DNA from: a virus
Virus genome (UHGV): UHGV-1355554
Direction: 5' to 3' (one strand)
Length of the DNA: 41,630 nt
The notes under the pieces are model-generated. The model was given only the letters and a program-made list of their open reading frames with translations, searched no databases and was not told the DNA's origin. This document shows positions 1 to 8,206 of the stretch, one piece after another (position 1 is the stretch's first letter; the number at the start of each line of letters is the position of its first letter). The translations under genes were made by a program, and so were the position numbers.

Positions 1-338
1 ACTTTTTTTAAATCTTCAATACCATTTTTTTGTTTATATCTATGTGTATACTTATATATGTTCGCTTTGTAGAAACCGCGTAGCTCCTCATATGTTAGTA
101 GGTCATCTTCTAACACGTCAAATAGTTGTTTACCTGAAGTGGTTTTGTAACGTTTGGTGTTTTCTAATTCTTCAGATTCAATTACACTGCCAGTAATATG
201 TGAACCTTTAATTATTTTACCAATTGTATTTTCTAATTCTTCAGACTCAGCACCTATAATTTCATATACTTCGCCAATCGTTAAGGTGGGTGTTCCATCA
301 TTGTCTATACATCTAACTTTGTCTCCAACTTTAAACAT
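1..338 (-). CDS. Hypothetical protein, 5' part only (gene runs off the left edge). N-terminal KOW/SH3-like motif and an internal ESEELENT duplication.
   Basis: Minus-strand ATG at 338 preceded by RBS AGAGAGGA. Open reverse frame continues to position 1. Missed by the ORF track because no stop lies in the window. The plus-strand ORF 154-381 is antisense to it. Confidence 0.5.
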   Translation of the reverse strand, partial: MFKVGDKVRCIDNDGTPTLTIGEVYEIIGAESEELENTIGKIIKGSHITGSVIESEELENTKRYKTTSGKQLFDVLEDDLLTYEELRGFYKANIYKYTHRYKQKNGIEDLKK

Positions 339-369
339 TATATCAAATCCTCTCTTTGTTTATATATTT

Positions 370-399
370 ATAATATCATAGAGTATCTTACTTGTCAAC
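370..399 (-). promoter_or_regulatory. Sigma-A-like promoter (TTGACA, 18-bp spacer, TATTAT) for the leftmost gene
   Basis: Minus-strand TTGACA at 394-399 and TATTAT at 370-375, about 30 bp upstream of the RBS. Confidence 0.35.
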
Positions 400-460
400 A
401 CAAAACTTTTATTTTATGCTATAATAAATTATAGGGATTCCTCCTCCCTCCTCTCGTTAA

Positions 461-485
461 GACTAGCCAATTGGCTAGTCTTTTT
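461..485. repeat. Perfect 20-bp palindrome GACTAGCCAATTGGCTAGTC followed by T5. Hairpin terminator or dimer operator.
   Basis: Read directly. It lies immediately 3' of minus-strand gene 475-675 and upstream of the next promoter. The T-tract is on the plus side only. Confidence 0.5.
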
Positions 486-675
486 GTTTATAGCTTTGAA
501 TATCTGATAAATATCCAAAAACCTCACGTGCTGAATGAAACTCAACTCTATGAGTGTCTTGTGGTTCATTAACATGAAAAACCTCTACATAGTATTTTAA
601 CTCAAATCTTGATTGACTGAATATTGTCACACAATATCCATTTTTAAACTCTGTGCTAAATAGTTGTTTATCCAT
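475..675 (-). CDS. Hypothetical protein (66 aa)
   Basis: ORF packed tightly in the minus-strand operon. Confidence 0.45.
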   Translation of the reverse strand: MDKQLFSTEFKNGYCVTIFSQSRFELKYYVEVFHVNEPQDTHRVEFHSAREVFGYLSDIQSYKQKD

Positions 676-677
676 TA

Positions 678-884
678 TTATTCCTCCTTATATTTATTAT
701 GACTCATAGCCTGAGTTACATACATGTGGGCTTTTAAGTAGTCTTCTTTTGAAATAATATTAAAACTATCTAAGGCTGTTAAGTACCCATAACAATAGTA
801 GAAATATTTGTCAGACACCTTAAGTTTCTGATTCTTTGGTGGTAGTAGTTGGTCTAGTTTAGTGATTAATTCATCGTAATTCAT
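678..884 (-). CDS. Hypothetical protein (68 aa)
   Basis: ORF abutting the 885-1631 gene in the same operon. Confidence 0.45.
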   Translation of the reverse strand: MNYDELITKLDQLLPPKNQKLKVSDKYFYYCYGYLTALDSFNIISKEDYLKAHMYVTQAMSHNKYKEE

Positions 885-1631
885 TTATTCTTCCGCCATT
901 CTTCGTAATTCACGCTTTCTAACTGATTCATATGTTCTTAACACCTCCTCTTCTGATAGCGGTGGATTTAATGAAATTTGGTTTACATATAAGCTCCATA
1001 CCCTAACCGCGTCATGATCCATTCCTGTTGCGAATAGCTTACCGATTGTTGAGGCTAAAAATATATTCCTTGACCCAGCTCCTGTGCCAGTAAGTATACT
1101 TTCCATTAATTGACCAGTCCATTTCTTCTCTCTCTTCTTATTCTTTTTTGTAATCGTTTTATCTGTAAACATTTCTATCCATTTCTCAGGTAGTTCTGCT
1201 ATTTCTACGTCACGTACTACTTCATAATACTTACCATCAATTTGACTAGGTGGTGCTACAACGTAGCGACCGTGCGTCTGAAAATCAACGCCTTCAAGTT
1301 GTGAATGATTTTGTATAAATTGTGTGTCATTGTATTTTTCATCTAATTTGAAGTAATAGTGCAATCCACCACTTGGAGTCTTAATGACTTGCGTTTTTGG
1401 TAGAGTAATGTCATACGTATCTAAGAACTCTTTTAAGTTACCAAGACCATCTACTCCATTATGGTTGTCAATGTCAATGACTGCAATTCCACTTTTTGAT
1501 CCCGTGAGTGTGCCAACGTTACCCCCTTCTTGCACCCATGATTTAATCAACTCTTCTGATTCTCCATCAAACGCTCCAGCCACTAGAGGTGCTTTACCAT
1601 TTTTCTGTAGTCTTAATTGTTTCATTGTCAT
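885..1631 (-). CDS. Primase-polymerase (AEP/Prim-Pol N-domain plus PriCT_1 C-domain)
   Basis: Motifs GIAVIDIDNHNG and SGGLHYYF, typical of bifunctional primase/polymerase. C-terminal FLASTIGKLFATGMDHDAV...SLNPPLSEEEV resembles PriCT_1. RBS AGGAGG. Confidence 0.7.
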   Translation of the reverse strand: MTMKQLRLQKNGKAPLVAGAFDGESEELIKSWVQEGGNVGTLTGSKSGIAVIDIDNHNGVDGLGNLKEFLDTYDITLPKTQVIKTPSGGLHYYFKLDEKYNDTQFIQNHSQLEGVDFQTHGRYVVAPPSQIDGKYYEVVRDVEIAELPEKWIEMFTDKTITKKNKKREKKWTGQLMESILTGTGAGSRNIFLASTIGKLFATGMDHDAVRVWSLYVNQISLNPPLSEEEVLRTYESVRKRELRRMAEE

Positions 1632-1635
1632 TCCT

Positions 1636-1682
1636 CCTCTTAGTTATGTACTAAGTATAACACCCCAGTTAAGGGGTGTCAA
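1636..1682 (-). promoter_or_regulatory. Early promoter (TTGACA-17-TATACT) with conserved leader and an embedded 20-bp inverted-repeat operator ACACCCCAGTTAAGGGGTGT (1660-1679)
   Basis: Minus-strand -35 at 1677-1682 and -10 at 1654-1659. The leader TAGTACATAACTAAGAGGAGG matches the other early cassettes. The inverted repeat fills the spacer. Confidence 0.5.
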
Positions 1683-1702
1683 CTAGTTTGTCACATTTAT
1701 TT

Positions 1703-3007
1703 TTATTTTACACTCTCCTCTATCATTTCATTGGTAAAATCTTTTCCATTTGTAACTGTCTCAAAGATCTTTTTCTCAATTTGTGTATCTGGAATAATGT
1801 GGATAAAATTAGGTGTACACTCCTGACCAAATCTATCAACTCTAGCTTTTGCCTGAATATAGTCTGTAGAACTTAATGGCATAGAATTGAATACGCATAC
1901 ACTAGCTATTTTCAAGCTATTGATGCCTGTACTAGCACTTTTATATTGGGCTAAAACCACTCCATTATCATAGTCTTTGAAATTAGTCAAATCTTTATTA
2001 TTTCCATTATAACTACTATATGGTCTTTTTAGTTTATTCAACAGTTCTGAAATCATATAAAACTCTGCGTTGTAATTATAAAATATGACCACTCGTTCAC
2101 CACTGTATTCTTCTAGTACTGCTTGTAAACGCTCAAACGGTTCTTTAGACACCTGTTTGTGTACACCTTTAAGAAAACCATGTGATATTTGACGTAGGGC
2201 GTTAAATAATTTACTACTATTGTCTAGCTCAATAATATTATCTAGGTCGTCTTTGTACATTCTGACTTTCTTTAATTTATTATAAAACGCAGGCTTTTTG
2301 GTCTTATAATAAAAATCTTGTGGCATATATGGTTTATCACGTTCATACCTAACACTTACTTTATCAATCATTTGTTTCAATAAGTGCTCGTTGCGGTAAC
2401 CAATAATCTGCATGAATCTAGCGGATCCCATTTGTTGCATGCGTTCAGTTACAAATAATTCATAGAACTCTTTTTTTGGCTTGCGGAACACATTTAACAT
2501 GTGAAGTTGACTATAATAGTTTTCTAGTTTTCCGTTTGCTACTGGTGTTGCAGTTAATAATCTAACGTGAGTGGTCTTTTTACATAAATTCATCATGAAT
2601 TTTGTTACCTTTGATTTTGGTACTGACACCTTATGGCTTTCGTCAATTATGATGTATGTGTTTTTATCAACCCAGTTTGTCAATTCAGTTAAGCGCCAAC
2701 TACTCTCAAAGCTAATGGCTACCCTGTCTGACTCTGACAATAGTTGTTTATTTTTAGTAGTTCCTTTATTTAAAGGGGTAATGGTAATTCCCATTAATTG
2801 ACCATCTTCTGCAAAGTCAGCTACTTTTGGAGCTAGACAAACCACTAGCAATTTACTACAGCCACTTTTCAAGTAGGCTCCAAGTGCTGAGTACGTTTTT
2901 CCAGTTCCAGCGGATGATAAGTCAAAGTTCTTTTTATCAGATAATTCAATAGCTTCTACTTGATGTGGAAGAAGTTCTACTTTACCTATTTTATTCTGCA
3001 TATTCAA
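1703..3007 (-). CDS. SF2 (DEAD/DEAH-like, SNF2-type) DNA helicase
   Basis: Walker A SSAGTGKTYSA, motif II IIIDESH, and C-terminal helicase motifs (QAKARVDRFGQ). Confidence 0.75.
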   Translation of the reverse strand: MNMQNKIGKVELLPHQVEAIELSDKKNFDLSSAGTGKTYSALGAYLKSGCSKLLVVCLAPKVADFAEDGQLMGITITPLNKGTTKNKQLLSESDRVAISFESSWRLTELTNWVDKNTYIIIDESHKVSVPKSKVTKFMMNLCKKTTHVRLLTATPVANGKLENYYSQLHMLNVFRKPKKEFYELFVTERMQQMGSARFMQIIGYRNEHLLKQMIDKVSVRYERDKPYMPQDFYYKTKKPAFYNKLKKVRMYKDDLDNIIELDNSSKLFNALRQISHGFLKGVHKQVSKEPFERLQAVLEEYSGERVVIFYNYNAEFYMISELLNKLKRPYSSYNGNNKDLTNFKDYDNGVVLAQYKSASTGINSLKIASVCVFNSMPLSSTDYIQAKARVDRFGQECTPNFIHIIPDTQIEKKIFETVTNGKDFTNEMIEESVK

Positions 3008-3680
3008 AAGTGTAGCCTCCTGTTTGCTTTTGCTCGTTGTTTAAACATCGTCTCAGCCCTGTTCTACGCACATTAAGCTTTTCAGCTGTTGCGGTTTGAT
3101 TGTGACTATATATCACCTCTCCTGTTTCAATATTAGTAGCTTTGAATAATCTCCCACCTAATGTTTTAGATATTTTATCTCGTGTATCAACTGATAGTTT
3201 TCTACCACGGAGTGCCTCGCTTTTAGCCTTAATGTGTTCAGATGACTGAGGTCTACCTTTTAATTTTGACTCATGCATTAAGTAGTGATTTCTAAGACCT
3301 TTACTGATATTACTCCTCTTTTCTAATGTCCAATTTATATTTTTACTACGTACACTCTGTTGTTTTTTAAATTCTTTGGAATGTTTCATACCTCTTGCTG
3401 GACAGTCACCTCCTACAGATATGTTATATCCATATTGCTGGTCTGTAGTATTGTATTTATTAATCAACTTAATCTCTAGTAGACACGCCTCCGTTTTTGT
3501 TAATCCTTCTTTTATAATAAAGTGATTGAAATTTTCCCACCCATATTTTAATATTGAGTTTTTAAAATGCTTACTACTATAATTTTTTCCATTATTCCAT
3601 CTCTTCAGTGGATTTTGTGACGTTATTCCAAAATATTTTTTATTGTTTACTCTGTTAACATGTAAATATACTATATACAT
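2991..3680 (-). CDS. GIY-YIG homing endonuclease
   Basis: N-terminal YIVYLH...KKYFGITS (GIY-YIG motif). NUMOD-like basic repeats. C-terminal ...TGGYTFEYAE tail shared with the HNH homing-endonuclease DNA-binding domains in this window. Confidence 0.8.
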   Translation of the reverse strand: MYIVYLHVNRVNNKKYFGITSQNPLKRWNNGKNYSSKHFKNSILKYGWENFNHFIIKEGLTKTEACLLEIKLINKYNTTDQQYGYNISVGGDCPARGMKHSKEFKKQQSVRSKNINWTLEKRSNISKGLRNHYLMHESKLKGRPQSSEHIKAKSEALRGRKLSVDTRDKISKTLGGRLFKATNIETGEVIYSHNQTATAEKLNVRRTGLRRCLNNEQKQTGGYTFEYAE

Positions 3681-3730
3681 TGTATCACTCCTTTATTATA
3701 GTATACCATAACGTTTATCATCTTGACACA

Positions 3731-4081
3731 TTAATCAAATATGATTTTATCAATCTCAATTTCTGGCAATTCTGGTTGTTCATATTGACGAGCAATTCCA
3801 TTGTCAATACAGGATAGTAAGGTCATTAAATCGTGAAGGTTATCTCTTAGTAGTAAACCAAATCCATGAGCATCACGTACTTTTTGGAGATAACTTATTT
3901 GCAATGGGTCTGCGGTATAGTCACCAACTTTTAATTCTAAACTAATCCAATAACCCTTATAGCAACATTCCACGTCAGAGCGACCTACTTTGTCAAACAT
4001 GTTGGCTGTATTTACGTTTACTAAAGCACCTTTTTCTTTCAAGTATTTGACAACTTGTTTACTGAACTGACTTTCTTTCAT
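3731..4081 (-). CDS. VRR-NUC (PD-(D/E)xK) nuclease
   Basis: GRSDVECCYKGYWISLELK (D...ExK) and a downstream PLQISYLQKV motif. Confidence 0.6.
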   Translation of the reverse strand: MKESQFSKQVVKYLKEKGALVNVNTANMFDKVGRSDVECCYKGYWISLELKVGDYTADPLQISYLQKVRDAHGFGLLLRDNLHDLMTLLSCIDNGIARQYEQPELPEIEIDKIIFD

Positions 4082-4293
4082 GATTTCTTACTCAATCCCT
4101 TCTTTTTACCTGTTACTTTTTCTTCGCAAATAACTAATACTTCATCAATTGTCATGCCTGAGTCTTTCATATGTGTTAGTAACCCACCATATAGCGCCCA
4201 CAGATATTGCTGTTGTTTTTCCCCATAGTCTGGCATTACCTGAGGTTCTAATTCTGTAGTAATATCATCCCATTCTTTTGACGTTAAGCTCAT
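4078..4293 (-). CDS. Hypothetical protein (71 aa)
   Basis: ORF overlapping its neighbours by 4 nt. Operon context. Confidence 0.45.
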   Translation of the reverse strand: MSLTSKEWDDITTELEPQVMPDYGEKQQQYLWALYGGLLTHMKDSGMTIDEVLVICEEKVTGKKKGLSKKS

Positions 4294-4509
4294 TTATTCT
4301 TCCTCCCAATTAATAATGTTAGTTGTGATAGCGTCTTCTAAGTAGCGTTTTACTCGTTGTGCCTCTTTCAGAGTTAGTGTTACAAAAGCATTATCTTCGT
4401 AATTGTCTATTACTCTAATATAAATATAACGATCATCATCACCCGTTGAAATACGCACTTTCTCATCAATTATTGTGGTTATTTCTTTTGTGTACTCAAT
4501 TTTATCCAT
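4294..4509 (-). CDS. Hypothetical protein (71 aa)
   Basis: ORF with RBS GAAGGAGGA. Confidence 0.45.
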   Translation of the reverse strand: MDKIEYTKEITTIIDEKVRISTGDDDRYIYIRVIDNYEDNAFVTLTLKEAQRVKRYLEDAITTNIINWEEE

Positions 4510-4510
4510 C

Positions 4511-4603
4511 TTAATATCCTCCTTCTTCTAGCCAGTTGATAAGTACTCCAGCTCCATAAATTACTGCTCCAATAAATAAGAACCCCATCATCATAAATGT
4601 CAT
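4511..4603 (-). CDS. Possible 30-aa hydrophobic leader peptide (MTFMMMGFLFIGAVIYGAGVLINWLEEGGY)
   Basis: ATG 8 nt after AAGGAGG, the first ORF after promoter cassette d. It contains the RBS of the next gene. Below the ORF-track size cut-off. Confidence 0.25.
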   Translation of the reverse strand: MTFMMMGFLFIGAVIYGAGVLINWLEEGGY

Positions 4604-4610
4604 GTTAATT

Positions 4611-4662
4611 CCTCCTTTTTATCTTATGAACTAAGTATATCATGATAAAAAAGAAAGTCAAC
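4611..4662 (-). promoter_or_regulatory. Early promoter-leader cassette (TTGACT-16/17-TATACT plus TAGTTCATAAGATAAAAAGGAGG)
   Basis: Same architecture and leader as the cassettes at 7861-7913, 36541-36592 and 37290-37338. Confidence 0.45.
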
Positions 4663-4690
4663 AGATAATGTCAACTTTCTTTCAAAATCA

Positions 4691-4909
4691 TTAAACTTTT
4701 TCTGAGGTCGTAATTGAAACAATGTTATTCACGGTTAGAAGTACCTCGTATTTATATGTTCCCATTCCAATTAAGTCTTTTTTGTGTTGAATATAGATTG
4801 TTTCTTCTCCTAACTCTATTGCACGTTTAAATAGAGTAATCAGCTCTCTATCCGTTTCTACCACAAAGGGTTCTGTTGAATTAGTTGTGTAAATCAAATA
4901 TTTTTTCAT
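4691..4909 (-). CDS. Hypothetical protein (72 aa)
   Basis: ORF whose stop overlaps the start of the next gene. Confidence 0.45.
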   Translation of the reverse strand: MKKYLIYTTNSTEPFVVETDRELITLFKRAIELGEETIYIQHKKDLIGMGTYKYEVLLTVNNIVSITTSEKV

Positions 4910-6501
4910 TATTTTTCCTCCACGTCATTGAAAATATTTACATACTCTGTCCCTGCTAGTGCATTCATTAAATATGGTCTGATTGACTCATTGTCTCCGT
5001 TACGTGCAATTTTTAGACCAGTTAGTACGCGGGCTTTACTTGTCCGTTTTTCTTCAAAGCCTTGTTTGAGTAATAGCTCTTTCATTGTACGCCAGTTCAT
5101 TGATTTATTAATATTATTCTCTTTCGTGTACACGTTAAAGATATTCTTCAATAGTGTTAGATTAACAGTTCCTTCTTCATCTTCTACAATAACAGGTACT
5201 TCACTCAAAAACTCTTTAGATGGATCGTTTGATTCAATGTAAGCTTTCTTGAAGGCAATCATATCTTCTGTTTCTGTGAATGGGTTTTCACCATTTGTGC
5301 CTGCGTCTAAAATCTTTTTGAATTGTTGAATGCAGAACCATGCAAATTTACCTAGTTGCTCTTTTGACTCACGTTCTTCACGTTGTTTGTTGAACTCATT
5401 GATTCGTTCACGTGCTTCTGGTGTGTCAAGATTGGTATTAAAGTTTAGAATCAGAATACGTCTATACCATCCATTTGTGCGGTCGTTAAATGCAGGTAGT
5501 TCATTCATTGAGAACATTAACTTAGCATAGTTGGTGAAACTGAAAGCGTCTTTACCTTTTTTCTCAGCGTGAACAGCGTCAAGACCTCCTGAAAGTTTTT
5601 TCAGTGTTTCCGTACCTTTTACAAAGTTGGCACTTGAATCCGCTTCAAAGTTTAGTAATTTATGGTGCAATGAAGCTTTGTCAAAACGATTGTTTTTATC
5701 TGCTAAGCTGTCTAGTCCAACTGCTGAGCTATTTTTGAAACCAATCAATTTGTTCATGATAAATCCACCTACATATGATTTACCATTTGATCCATTACCC
5801 AACAGATATAAGATAGATTGATATTTGTATTCTCTATAATACATGTAACCAATGTATTCATATAATGTCTGCGCTTGGTCTTTTAATAGATAGTCAATCC
5901 ATTGTTTGGCTAGTAGTTCGTCTGTCTCATCTGTTTTAATTAAAGGATATGGGAGTTGAAGTGTGTGGTAATCTTCTAATTTGGTTTCTCTGATATCATT
6001 TGTTTTAAAGTCATATGTGCCATTCTCAAAAGCAATAATATTTGGGTTAGGGTTGTCACCTAGTGGGGCATGCTCACCACGTGTCATGGAGCGATTAGCC
6101 AACTCAGGAGCTAATTTCTTCATTTCTTTACGTATCTCATTCCCAAACTCTGGATTTCTGAATTGTGGTGTGAATTTTGGCGCTAAAATATTTTCAAAGT
6201 ACCAATCAGAATATTTGTAACTACCTAGATTAATTTCAGCCCAAATGCGTGTGTCAGCGTTGTATACATATGGCGCGTTTAAATTAGGATGAGCGTACAC
6301 ATAAGCTAGTTGGTTAAATTTTTCAATAAATAATTCCTGTTGAATCTCAAATTTTGGCTGTGTACCGTCTTTACCACCGTAGTACATTCTTCCTACTTCT
6401 GAATTGAAGTCTACAAACTCCTCACTTGGAAAGTTTTTGTTTGACACTGGTAGTAATTCCTCAACTGGTGCTGAGTAATCTATTTTCGTTAGTTCATTCA
6501 T
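4909..6501 (-). CDS. D5-like primase C-terminal / SF3 helicase (phage-plasmid P4 primase type)
   Basis: Walker A LLGNGSNGKSY and Walker B region FSMNELP. Start taken at the internal ATG 6501 (MNELTKIDY...) preceded by AAGGGGGAA. The track's 6579 start would cover the gene's own promoter. Confidence 0.75.
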   Translation of the reverse strand: MNELTKIDYSAPVEELLPVSNKNFPSEEFVDFNSEVGRMYYGGKDGTQPKFEIQQELFIEKFNQLAYVYAHPNLNAPYVYNADTRIWAEINLGSYKYSDWYFENILAPKFTPQFRNPEFGNEIRKEMKKLAPELANRSMTRGEHAPLGDNPNPNIIAFENGTYDFKTNDIRETKLEDYHTLQLPYPLIKTDETDELLAKQWIDYLLKDQAQTLYEYIGYMYYREYKYQSILYLLGNGSNGKSYVGGFIMNKLIGFKNSSAVGLDSLADKNNRFDKASLHHKLLNFEADSSANFVKGTETLKKLSGGLDAVHAEKKGKDAFSFTNYAKLMFSMNELPAFNDRTNGWYRRILILNFNTNLDTPEARERINEFNKQREERESKEQLGKFAWFCIQQFKKILDAGTNGENPFTETEDMIAFKKAYIESNDPSKEFLSEVPVIVEDEEGTVNLTLLKNIFNVYTKENNINKSMNWRTMKELLLKQGFEEKRTSKARVLTGLKIARNGDNESIRPYLMNALAGTEYVNIFNDVEEK

Positions 6502-6521
6502 TATTAATTCCCCCTTATGTA

Positions 6522-6558
6522 ATGAGTATAGCACAAACTTTTCATTTGTGCTATACTT
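6522..6558. promoter_or_regulatory. 13-bp perfect inverted repeat AGTATAGCACAAA / TTTGTGCTATACT. Both arms carry the TGTGCTATACT extended -10 motif and overlap the promoter of the D5-helicase gene.
   Basis: Read directly. On the minus strand the motif lies about 20 nt upstream of the RBS. Confidence 0.45.
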
Positions 6559-6562
6559 TTGA

Positions 6563-7003
6563 CTAAAAATATTTAGCAATTGATTCCACTGAATCTTTCA
6601 CGTCTAATTGAGTGCCGTCTGACAGTATGACAATTGTGTATTCCCAAGCTTTGTTGTGATAGAATGCTGCAATGTGACTAATGTTTACATATAAGGTGGT
6701 TTCATCAATTCTGGTTAATGTGATTAGTTCGTTCGTTTTATTCATTAAACGTTCTGCTTCTTCTAGTGCTGTAGCTAACTTTAAATACTCGTCTTTTTCT
6801 TTTCTAAATATATCTCCAGTCATTAATGTAAATATATTTCCTGCGTCAGTTAACTTCTCAAGTTCATATATTTTTCCTAGATCATCACGCACTGCCAGTT
6901 TACCCTCATCGCTTGTCTGAATAGTATACACTTTGAATTGTGTAATCCAAGGGCTTGTTGATTTGCTACAAACAACTGTGTCATTCTCTTTAAAATTAAC
7001 CAT
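6563..7003 (-). CDS. Hypothetical protein (146 aa), KOW/SH3-like N-domain paralog
   Basis: N-terminal VVCSKSTSPWITQFKVYTI resembles the 7003-7302 product. Confidence 0.5.
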   Translation of the reverse strand: MVNFKENDTVVCSKSTSPWITQFKVYTIQTSDEGKLAVRDDLGKIYELEKLTDAGNIFTLMTGDIFRKEKDEYLKLATALEEAERLMNKTNELITLTRIDETTLYVNISHIAAFYHNKAWEYTIVILSDGTQLDVKDSVESIAKYF

Positions 7004-7302
7004 TATTTACTCATCCTCTCAATAAACTCATTTAGTAATAATTCTGATTCCTCTTTATCTTCAAGTAAACCAGTGTATTCTCTTAACTGCGCTGTTGTCA
7101 GTTTGTTTAGGTCAAATGTATTTTCTTTTAGTTTAAATTGACAATTCTGCCTATTATTTAGATAATTAATTACCCACTTATCGTTATCAACTAAACAAAG
7201 TTCGTCATAGTTGTTTGATATTACCTCATACTCTTTTCCTGTCGTCCACCATGGTTTATCAGACTTTGTACAAATATATGTTTGCCCTTCTTTTGCGTTC
7301 AA
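7003..7302 (-). CDS. Hypothetical protein (99 aa), KOW/SH3-like N-domain paralog (TTG start)
   Basis: N-terminal YICTKSDKPWWTTGKEYEV. GAGGAGG 11 nt upstream of TTG. Confidence 0.5.
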   Translation of the reverse strand: MNAKEGQTYICTKSDKPWWTTGKEYEVISNNYDELCLVDNDKWVINYLNNRQNCQFKLKENTFDLNKLTTAQLREYTGLLEDKEESELLLNEFIERMSK

Positions 7303-7367
7303 CCTTTTGTTTTCCTCCTCTGTTATGATTACACTACTAATATTACTTTTTGTTAGTGTGATTGTTA

Positions 7368-7529
7368 CTATCTATTATAGTTTGTGGCTTCCTTACAGTC
7401 AATAATTGTATAGTGTTTTTTGGGATATGTCAAGCGAAACTCATCAATTGCTGCTCTCATATTTTCAGCTAGGTAGCTTAATTGAATAGTTTGTGGGTGT
7501 CTTTTTGCTAGAATAATAAATGTGGTCAT
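7368..7529 (-). CDS. Possible 53-aa protein, translationally coupled to the upstream gene
   Basis: ATG lies 1 nt after the stop of the 7531-7854 gene. Below the ORF-track cut-off. Weak RBS. Confidence 0.3.
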   Translation of the reverse strand: MTTFIILAKRHPQTIQLSYLAENMRAAIDEFRLTYPKKHYTIIDCKEATNYNR

Positions 7530-7530
7530 T

Positions 7531-7854
7531 TTAGTTCCATTCCTCCAATTGTTTTAGAATTATGTTGTAGTTGTTTTGCTGTTTCTTATATGCTTCTTCT
7601 GCTTCATATAACTTTGTTTTCACTTCTAATTTCAACTTTTCTTGTGTGATACCGTAATACTTTGTCCAATTGTCATAGTCCATCACCTTTACTTCCATGC
7701 CAAAGACTGTAGTAGGTAAGCCTTCAACATATGACACCTTCACAACATAGGGGTTTCGTGTGATTGGTACGTCAAGCTTCACGTTCTCTAAGTCGTTAAA
7801 TAATTCAGGAGTTACCATAATATAGTCTTCTGTTGCTAATAATAGTTTTTTCAT
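7531..7854 (-). CDS. Hypothetical protein (107 aa)
   Basis: First ORF downstream of promoter cassette c. Confidence 0.5.
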   Translation of the reverse strand: MKKLLLATEDYIMVTPELFNDLENVKLDVPITRNPYVVKVSYVEGLPTTVFGMEVKVMDYDNWTKYYGITQEKLKLEVKTKLYEAEEAYKKQQNNYNIILKQLEEWN

Positions 7855-7860
7855 TTTATT

Positions 7861-7913
7861 TCCTCCTCTTTATCTTATGAACTAAGTATAGCATTGTTAT
7901 ACATCATTGTCAA
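7861..7913 (-). promoter_or_regulatory. Early promoter-leader cassette (TTGACA-17-TATACT plus TAGTTCATAAGATAAAGAGGAGG)
   Basis: -35 at 7908-7913, -10 at 7885-7890, conserved leader at 7861-7884. Confidence 0.5.
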
Positions 7914-7918
7914 CTGTT

Positions 7919-8206
7919 TTATTGTTTTATTTTGATTCCTATGATGAAGAAACCATTGCTAAATCGTTTCTTTTCTACATTGTAGCAGCTCATTATTTCT
8001 TTGTCAATCTTTTTTATTCCTCCTCCATTATCAATTGCAATTTGTTGAATTACTTTTTTATAGTCTGATAGTTTTACTTTGTCTGCTTTATTTCCTGTGA
8101 TTATGATTTTATTATATAGTAGCTTTTCTTCAATGTTAAGTGTTTCTAGCCATGCGGCGTATTGATGCATGATTTCGTGTGGTTTACCTGTAAATGTTAT
8201 TTGCAT
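7919..8206 (-). CDS. Hypothetical protein (95 aa)
   Basis: Second ORF of the leftward operon starting at 8497. Confidence 0.45.
   Translation of the reverse strand: MQITFTGKPHEIMHQYAAWLETLNIEEKLLYNKIIITGNKADKVKLSDYKKVIQQIAIDNGGGIKKIDKEIMSCYNVEKKRFSNGFFIIGIKIKQ

Noticed and set aside
154-381. Plus-strand 75-aa ORF at the left edge
   Set aside because: Low-complexity translation (SNSSDS repeats). Lies fully antisense to a better-supported minus-strand gene that has an RBS and promoter.
1660-1679. NrdR box upstream of replication and nrdH genes
   Set aside because: The ACAC...GTGT ends resemble NrdR boxes, but the site is 20 bp with a GC-rich core rather than the 16-bp AT-rich NrdR consensus. 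Kept only as an unassigned operator.
1384-6220. Assorted plus-strand ORFs (1384, 1676, 2571, 4928, 5330, 5627, 5981, 6681, 7211, 8354) within the minus-strand replication arm
   Set aside because: All lie antisense to long, motif-bearing minus-strand genes and lack ribosome-binding sites.
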